NCBI GenBank assembly: GCA_002269645.1 | Contig: NIVC01000707.1 | Location: 177,010-241,009 of the forward strand | Reading direction: 5' to 3' | Length of the DNA: 64,000 nucleotides | DNA from: Macrostomum lignano | Lineage: Eukaryota | Shown here: positions 37,341 through 46,200 of the stretch, in pieces | How positions within the stretch are numbered: the first letter of the stretch is position 1 | Layout of the letters: each line of letters begins with the position of its first letter | Notes under the pieces: model-generated | Database searches by the model: none | The model's input: only the letters and a program-made list of their open reading frames with translations | What the model was told of the DNA's origin: nothing | Position numbers and translations under genes: made by a program

Positions 37341-37699
37341 CCAAATTTTTCATAGTGTACAGACCGTTAAATAATGAGTCGTGGAATTTTGAATTCGAAA
37401 GTATTCCTAACTGCCTATAGACGGGTTAAGAAATAGGCCGGGTGTGATAAGCCCTCAAACAGATGCGTGAGAAATCGTTTGCAATGAGTGAACAGTTTGA
37501 GGCAATGTTGGATTTAACCACTCTGTTACAAAGGATAGCAAGTGTTCCATGGTGAGTGGAGAGAACTGGTCGATATTGAGCAGTATCTGTAAGAATGGTT
37601 TGGTGCAAATTCTTAATCAGTGTAAGAACTGCTGCTGGTAACTAAACAAGCAAACAAATCAGCTACTCAGATAGGAAAGCTAGATGAACATGACTTCCC

Positions 37700-38000
37700 A
37701 TCCTCATTTGGGTTCATGGAAGCGTATGGGGATTCAAGGACAAGAATGTCGGAGGTTCATGGAAGCGTATGGGGATTCAAGGACAAGAATGTCGGAGGTT
37801 CATGGAAGCGTATGGGGATTCAAGGACAAGAATGTCGGAGGTTCATGGAAGCGTATGGGGATTCAAGGACAAGAATGTCGGAGGTTCATGGAAGCGTAGG
37901 GCCGTATGGGGATTCATGGAGAACAATGCCGAAGGCGAATTTAGTGCGTTGGGCTTCAGGGAGATACTGTCGGAGGTTCATGGAAACGTATGGGGATTCA
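37700..38000. repeat. Minisatellite, 43 bp (GGAGGTTCATGGAAGCGTATGGGGATTCAAGGACAAGAATGTC)
   Basis: About 4 perfect units plus degenerate ones. Confidence 0.92.
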
Positions 38001-38476
38001 GGACGATATTGTCTGCGGTCGAATCAAGACAATACAATCCGTAAGGTGCCAAACTTCTAATTTAGAGCAACTACTCAAGACAAAAAGTAAAAAAAGACGA
38101 TGAGAACAGCAGTTATCCAAGTGAACAAAGGTGTTCGTTCTTTTCATTCCACAAAGGCATTCGATTAAATTTATTTCTCCAAACACTTCTTCCAGACTGC
38201 GGTGGCGCAGACACAAGCTCGAGGCAGACACACGAACCTACACACACTCCTCCTGACGGAGAAACTGAACCAATAAAACAACCAAAGAACAATTCTTTAG
38301 AGTTAAACATATCGCTTCTATGCTAGGCGAGACACAAAACGAATCTGGGCGATGGTACAGCGGTGACGTCCGCGTCAGTTCATCAGTCTTAACTATCAAA
38401 GTGGCTTCTCCTAAACATCCCGGACCCCGACTACTCGCTACCACACCGGTCCATCACACCACTCGGAAGCAGATCT

Positions 38477-39328
38477 TCAGTGACGGTGAGGCTGAGCAGC
38501 CTTCATCAAAAAGTCCGAGTGCTCAGCATACGGGTGGTTGGCGGCGTTGGCCTCGGGCCACAGGTCGGGGCTCAGGTACTCGAACGTGCCCCGGATAGCC
38601 TGGTACGTGGCCTTGGCAAAGTTGCCCAGAGTGGCGGTCTGGCCTCGAGAGCAGGTGTACACGTCCTCGATGCCAGCCATCGTCAGCAGCTTCTTCGGAA
38701 CGGGAGCCCCGACAATGCCCGTGCCCCTGGGAGCGGGGATCAGGCGCACCACCACGGAGCCGCACTTTCCAGTCAGCTTGCACGGCACCGTGTGGGGCTT
38801 GCCGATCTTGTTGCCCCAGTAGCCCAGGCGAACCGGGATGACCGACAGCTTGGCCAGGATGATGGCACCGCGGATGGCGGTGGCCACCTCCTTGGAGCAC
38901 TTCACTCCCAGACCCACGTGCCTGTCGTAGTCACCGATGGCGACGATCGCCTTGAAGCGGGTGCGCTGACCGGCGCGGGTCTGCTTCTGCACCGGCATGA
39001 TCTTCAGCACCTCGTCCTTCAGCCGGCTGCCCAGGAACTGGTCGATGATCTCGCTCTCCTTAATCGGCAGGGCGAACATGTACACCTCTTCCAGGGACTT
39101 GATCTTGCCATCCTTGACCAGCCGTCCCAGCTTGGTGACCGGCTGCCACTCCTCCTTGCCTTTGTCGCCGCCTCGGCCACCGCGGCCGCGACCCCGGCCA
39201 CCGCGTCCGCGACCTCGGCCGCCTCGGCCGCCGCGTCCGCCGCGCTCGCCGCCTCCAGCGTCGCCACCACGACCTCCGAATCCTCCGCGGAATCCGCCGC
39301 GACCGCGTGAACCGCCTCCAGAGTCCAT
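38477..39328 (-). CDS. RPS2: 40S ribosomal protein S2 (uS5), copy B, protein identical to copy A
   Basis: Same translation; four synonymous substitutions seen relative to copy A. Confidence 0.95.
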   Translation of the reverse strand: MDSGGGSRGRGGFRGGFGGRGGDAGGGERGGRGGRGGRGRGRGGRGRGRGGRGGDKGKEEWQPVTKLGRLVKDGKIKSLEEVYMFALPIKESEIIDQFLGSRLKDEVLKIMPVQKQTRAGQRTRFKAIVAIGDYDRHVGLGVKCSKEVATAIRGAIILAKLSVIPVRLGYWGNKIGKPHTVPCKLTGKCGSVVVRLIPAPRGTGIVGAPVPKKLLTMAGIEDVYTCSRGQTATLGNFAKATYQAIRGTFEYLSPDLWPEANAANHPYAEHSDFLMKAAQPHRH

Positions 39329-39671
39329 TTAGGCTGCTAGCATGAAGGATGGGGTTTTCAGCGTCAATACAGTCATGTAAAACTGAAATGTTTTTAGATA
39401 CGGAAAAGCGCTATTTTACGGCATGCTACTAGCAGTAAATGATATGCACATTTTAAAAGAACTCAAGAAGCGACGAAAGCTCTCACTGAACAAAGGCTGC
39501 AGGCGTAATAATGCAACAAGATGAACTTTGCCTCAGCAAACTAAAAATAAACTTCAAATGCTATATTTAATGAAATCAAGGTTCATTAGCAAAGTCCGAT
39601 AATGAAATGCATTAACCGGGACTCAGGAAGTCCAATTAGATCATAAAAACTACAGACTGTTCGCTTCAACT

Positions 39672-42097
39672 TCAAAGAGCCCGCCGCTGATGCACAGGCG
39701 GAGGCCACGACGTGGATCCAGCAGACCTGTCTGCGTTTCCAGCGGTTGCTCGCTCGTTGATGATGCCGCCGTCATTGATGACGTCACACTGACCAACGGC
39801 GCCTCCGCCATCGCCCGCAGCCGACATACCGGGGAACGGGCGAGGCGGGAATTCGCCCCTCACTTCCTGATGAGCAGAGAACTGCTGCTGCCGCTGATGG
39901 GGATGAGCCGGCTGATACGAGTATGGTTGCTGGGGCGGATGCTGTTGGGGCGGATACTGGTAGGGCAGATGCTGTTGCGGCGGATGGTGCTGGTGCGGAT
40001 GCTGGTAGGGAGGCTGCTGGTAGGGCGGATGCTGCTGGGGCGACTGCTGGTAGGGCGGATGCTGCTGGGGCGACTGCTGGTAGGGCGGATGCTGCTGGGG
40101 CGACTGCTGGTAGGGAGGATGCTGCTGGGGCGGACGCTGGAAGGGCGGATGCTGGAAGGGCGGGTGGTGCTGGGACGGATGCTGTTGGGGCGACTGCTGA
40201 TAGGGCGGATGCTGCTGAAGCGACTGCTGGTATGGCGGATGCTGCTGGGGCGGTTGCTGGAAGGACGGATGGTGCTGGGGCGGATAGCGAAGCTGAGACG
40301 GGTTGGGTGGAGGGAAGCGGCGCGGAGGCTGGTGCTGATGAGGCAGCTGCTGCTGTGGCGGGAACCGGTATGGCTGATGATGAGGCGGCTGCCGCTGCTG
40401 AGCTTGAGCTGCAGCGGCTGGCGACTGCAACTGTTGCTTCTTCCAGTTTGGCTTCCGGCGCTGCTGCTGACCTTGCGCAGCAGACGCTGTCGGAGCTGCG
40501 ACGCTGGCCGCTTCAAGCTCCTCGCCGGCAGTTTCGCCGTCGGGCCCGCGCCGCTTGGCCTGCCGCTTAGCCAGCCGCTCGGCCTCATCGTCAGAGTAGT
40601 CGAGGCACTCGGCAGGCGGCTCCTGGTCGCCCAGCCAGGAGGCGTCGCTCGGCCGGGGTTGCGTGGCGGCCAGCCGGGCTGGCAGGATGAAATGCCGCAG
40701 GCTGTCCTCGTCGGCGAACAGCAACGGCTGGCCGACTGCAACGCCAAGCTCGGCGACGACCTCCGGCGAGGGCAGCAGGACGGAGTAAAATGGGCGAGAG
40801 ACCGGCCCGAACACGTCGAGCACCTGGCGGGCGGAGAATGCAATGCGGGATTGAATGGGATTCTCCCATCTTGAAATGTTGATACTAAAAGATGAGTGAC
40901 ATCGGTTTCTAAGGGCTATTCTAAAAGGCGATTGCTATGGGCCCTTAAAGCGGTGTCGAAGATAAGGACGGCGATTTAGAAAGGCGAGAAGGGCGATTCA
41001 TAAAGACGATTTTGAATAGGAAAAGGGCGACGTTAGGTGACTCCAAATGCGCATTATCCAAAATTCACATGATCCCAAATGCGCATGATCCCTAATGCAC
41101 ACATGATCCCAAATTTACATGATCCCAAATGCACAGGATCCCAAATGTACATGATCCCTAATCACATGATCTCAAATGCACACATGATCCTAAATGCACA
41201 TGATCCTAAATGCACATGATCCTAAATGCACAGGATCCCAAATGCACAGGATCCCAAATGCACTTGATGCCAAATACACACATGATCCCAAATACACACA
41301 TGATCCCAAATGCACATGATCCCAAATGCACATGATCCCAAATGCACTTGATGCCAAATACACACATGATCCCAAATACACACATGATCCCAAATGCACA
41401 TGATCCCAAATGCACATGATCCCAAATGCACATGATCCCAAATGCACTTGATGCCAAATACACACATGATCCCAAATACACACATGATCCCAAATGCACA
41501 TGATCCCAAATGCACATGATCCCAAATGCGCATGATATCTAATAGTAATACACATGATCTCATAAGCACCTGTCCCAGAGGCTGCCTATCGGACAGAAAC
41601 AGCACGGAGTTGATGTCCAGCGGGTTCAGGTCCGGCTCGGACTGGGCCACAACCAGAGCGCCCAGCACACTGCTGACCGTGGCGCACTGCCGCATGGCCA
41701 CCTCGGCCGGCACAGACAGAGTCAGCCGCTCCACCGGCCCGATGACCCCCTCCAGGTCGCCCAGCGGATTCCGCCGCGGCGGCCGATGCTCCGAGCCGTC
41801 GGCCTGCGGACGCTTCCGGCCTCGACCTCGCCCGAAGCCAGCCGGCTGCTGACTGGCGATCTCCTCCTCGTCACCTTCCTCTTCGTCGGTGGCGCCATGC
41901 GCGCTGTCGTCGCTGCAGCCGGCGCCCAAGCCGCCGCTACTGCTGCTGCTGGATGAATCGTCAGAGTCCGCGCGCCGGCGGTGCAGGTGAAACTCCAGCC
42001 CGGTGACGAGGCAACCGTCGGCTTCGAACTCAACCTGGTCCAGCAGGCTGCTGAGCAGCTGGGCCACCTCGGCGTCCGGCTGCTTGTCTGTTGCCAT
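39672..42097 (-). CDS. NAF1: H/ACA RNP assembly factor NAF1, ~559 aa; exons 42097-41570 and 40823-39672
   Basis: Gar1/Naf1 domain (SVLFLSDRQPLGQ|VLDVFGPVSRPFY), SDASWLGDQEPP..LDYSDDEAER motif, acidic/Ser N-terminus, Pro-rich C-terminus; phase-0 intron. Confidence 0.92.
41060..41540. repeat. Minisatellite, 16-18 bp (CACATGATCCCAAATG), NAF1 intron
   Basis: Visible units. Confidence 0.95.
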
Positions 42098-42249
42098 GGC
42101 TACGGCGCTAGCTGCGGAATTTCAAAGCAGACAGTGGTTAGCCAGGAATAATCACCAATGCCCCAGAAATAGCCACAGTACCCAAAATTAATCACAATAG
42201 TCTGAATTCCAAAGTAGGATCACGGTAGACTTAAATCCCCTATGGGATG

Positions 42250-42960
42250 TCACTGCAGTCTTTAATTCCCACTGGGTGTTACCCTGTAGCCTCAAATCCC
42301 CGCTGGGATATCCCTGTAGCCTCAAATCCCAATTGGGATATCCCTGTAGCCTCAAATCCCAATTGGGATATCCCTGTAGCCTCAAATCCCCACTGGGACT
42401 ACTGTAGCCTCAAATCCCCACTGGGATATCACTGTAGCCTCAAATCAACACTGGGATATCACTGTAGCCTCAAATCAACACTAGGATATCCCTGTAGCCT
42501 CAAATCCCTACTGGGGTATCCCTGTAGCCTCAAATCCTCACTGGGATATCACTGTAGCCTCAAATCCCCACTAAGATATCACTGCAGCCTCAAATCAACA
42601 CTAGGATATCCCTGTAGCCTCAAATCCCCACTGGGATATCACTGTAGACTCAAATCCCCACTGGGATATCACTGCAGCCTCAAATCCCTACTGGGATATC
42701 CCTGTAGCCTCAAATCCCTACTGGGATATCCCTGTAGCCTCAAATCAACACTGGGATATCACTGTAGCCTCAAATCCCTACTGGGATATCCCTGTAGCCT
42801 CAAATCAACACTGGGATATCACTGTAGACTCAAATCCCCACTGGGATATCCCTGTAGCCTCAAATCAACACTGGGATATCACTGTAGCCTCAAATCCCCA
42901 CTGGGATATCCCTGTAGCCTCAAATCAACACTGGGATATCCCTGTAGCCTCAAATCCCTC
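42250..42960. repeat. Minisatellite, 30 bp (CTGGGATATCCCTGTAGCCTCAAATCCCCA), between the HAGH 3' end and the NAF1 acceptor
   Basis: Visible units. Confidence 0.96.
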
Positions 42961-43235
42961 AAATCTGGATTCCCAAAGAAACACATTTGCAGACACTCAA
43001 TTACAGAGCTAACTGCCTAACACAGTGAATTATTGGTAATTTTGTTTTCAACAATTTGTTTATTTTTTTTATAAGCAAAAATAAGAAATATGGAGAGCCA
43101 ACAGCATTCATTATTTGCTGAAGGTTCCTGCGAAATTTATATTAAATAAAAATTGCAAAAATAGTAGAGGCTAATAATAAAGCGTAGCCAAGGCAATCAA
43201 TCAAAACCAGGTTCACACGAATATGACGGGGTCAT

Positions 43236-46200
43236 TCAGAAACTGTCTTTCTGCTTGCGCAGCGCGGCCATCACCTTCACGGGGTCGCTGCTGCCGGCGC
43301 ATCGCTGCAGAGCGGCCGACTCGCCAACCCGCATGAACGGATTGGTGAGCAGCTCCTCGCCGATGGTGCTGGGGATGGTCGGCGAGTCCGGGCTGGCCAA
43401 GCAGCGCTCCAGCTTGGCGCGCACGTCCGCATTGTCGGGCTCAACGCTGGCGGCGAACTGCAGATTCTTGCGCGTGTACTCGTGCCCGCAGTACACCCGG
43501 GTGTCCGGGGCCAGGCGGCCCAGCGTGTCCAGCAGGTTGGCACACATCTGCTCCGGCGAGCCCTCGAAGAAGCGGCCGCAGCCGGCAATGAAGAGCGTGT
43601 CGCCGGTGAACACGGCCGGGCTGTGGCCGGGGCGCTCGACCAGGTAGCAGATGTGGTCCTGGGTGTGGCAGGGCGTGTGCAGGCACCGGATGCTGATGGC
43701 CGAGCCCAGCGGCTCCAGCGACTCGTTGTGCGACACCAGCCGGCTGACCGATTGCACTTTGCTGCCGCCGCCGCACACCTGCGGCTTGGGGGCGCCGTCG
43801 GCCTGCAGCAGCTGGAGCAGAAGCGAGTTGCCGCCGGCGTGGTCAGCGTGGCTGTGCGTGGTCAGGATGTACTTTAGCGACAGGCCGCGCTCGCGCAGGT
43901 AGGGAAGAATTTTTTTCGGCTCGACTGGATCCACTACGGCTGACTCCTGTGAGGGAGCGTCAGAGGTGCAGTGCGCTTAACAATAAACCTATGCAATGGG
44001 GTTCCAGCCTAGTGGCTAGAACGTCATATTCACGAATGAAGGGTCGGGGGTTTGATTCTCGACCCACTTGGAACAATTTGTGTCCTTAGACAAGACACTC
44101 AACTCTGCATCACAATATGATACATAATTTTTAAACAGTTATAAAGGTATACAAAAATTTGCATACAAAGTTTTTTAAATTTTTTACTTTATAACCATCA
44201 AAGGATTTTAAGTGTCTTATAAGGCCCTTTAGTTTAAAATATCAATTTATATATAAAATAAGAATAATTAAAATTTTATTTTAGCTAATGATGATTCTTG
44301 CTTGACTTACATAATGACTCAACAATATACATATTAATAAATCTAATATTATAAGTAAGTCAATAGCATCCATATGCCAGCAACCCAGGCCCCATTCTTA
44401 GTGTAATCACATTAATTTTGCAAAATAAATTGGAATCTTTGATTGGGTATACTAATGTAATTAATGTCTGAAAGTCTGAATTGCAGTGCATAAGCATTTT
44501 GGCAGATAGTATCTAGTGCAGATCAGCTTGGTAGCATGTTATGACATGACATAGTAAAGAGAAGCATAGCAAAGTAGCGAAATGCCCCCTATTCCCCATT
44601 TACCTTTTTACCTCTACATTTACTTCTACCTTTACCAAACCATGCAGCATTGTCAACTTTGAAGCAGCAATTTGGCAAGCTATCAAGGCTTTTTTTAGAT
44701 AAAACAAATTATCCATGGCTCCATTTTTCAATTTGTGCAATAAATATGACAAAAAATCAATTGTAAGGCCATTGAGAATGTACAAGAATGAAGGAACCAA
44801 GCTTTTTTGTTATAAGCTTATGACACTGTTATTCTTACCTAATGAGGAAATTTGCAATGCCTTCCTAGTATTAAGCTCATTTATCACTAAACATGATCTG
44901 GTTTTTGTGTAAAGTACATAAATCATATATAATGATGATTGATAATTACATATATAATCCAAATAGATTACAGTGCTACCTCTTGATAAATTTGTTTTAT
45001 CATCCTAAGCTTTTAGGAAAAGGCAATTTTTAAAAGCTATGGAAGCAATACTATCAAGTAAGCAAGATGGCTTTGCAGCTACTAGACTCTAGCAATTGGC
45101 TCAATGTGCCCTAAATATTTATCTATAATTTCATGATGACTAAACTTATTTAAATAGTCTGATTTTGTTTCTATTTTAATGAATTGTATTTAATTTGAAA
45201 TTAGGTTACAGGAAATACATGACTATTTTTTAATTATATTTTATTACTCATATGCTTCTAAAAAACAAAATTATATATATTATTCATATTATAGGATTTC
45301 ACCTAAATGTCCCTCTTGTTACCAATATGGGAGTTATTGTTATTGAAATATATATTATTATAGCTATATACTAAAAGAATCATTAGAAGAACCATAAATT
45401 TACCATAGATAAAGAATAAAAAGCTCAATTGTACATCAATATTTTATACACCTGCAATCTATATAACAAAAAGCTTAAGTTTTAAAAGTTAATAATATAT
45501 AAAAGCTAAGAAAGCAAATTTTGTTCTAGTATATACTAGGGATTATGGTTGTTTTGGTGACAAGATATTTTGGTAACAAGCAAAAGCCATTTCAATGAAA
45601 AAAGTTCCTTTGGATAATAGCCATTGTGGTTTTAAACAAAAAATATTTTAGCAATCTTAAGTTATATAAAACCTAAAATCTCAGAGGTTTGCTATAAAGA
45701 TAAGGATACTATGTTTATATCTGAATATTCCAAGACAAATTGAAACCAATATATATAAAAATAATACTTAGATTTTTTCTTAGATATACTTACATTTATC
45801 TTTGACTTTAGATAGATTTTTCAATTAAAATATGATGCAGTATGCTTTGTTTATAATATAAGGCCTTCTAGTACAAGTAGTAAACACGTTTGTATAGTTC
45901 AAGTAGTAAACATTTCCTAGGAATTATTGTATTTGAATTTATGCAAAAAAAAGAATTTTTTTTATGTTTGTTTAAATGTTGTGAAATCAAATAATATTTT
46001 GCAAAATAACTTTTTGTTTTAAATATACCATATAAGTAGTATAAATAGGAGCCCAGAATGGGCCAGGAGAAGCTAACTTGGATCTTCCTCGTTTACTGCA
46101 AATTGCAAGAATAATAGCCAATCTAGTTCTATAAAAATCTTATTTGTAAAACTTTTGAAGACTTATTTCTTTCTTAGAGTATAAAGCCCCAAATTGGGGG

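Noticed and set aside
3881-39310. Long antisense ORFs opposite real genes (e.g. 3881-4741, 35870-36700, 38480-39310)
   Set aside because: Typical shadows of GC-rich coding sequence with no recognisable motifs
40816-41575. CAGGTGCT repeated at both ends of the NAF1 intron as an introner TSD
   Set aside because: Mostly the CAG|GT splice consensus; other introns here show no such repeat
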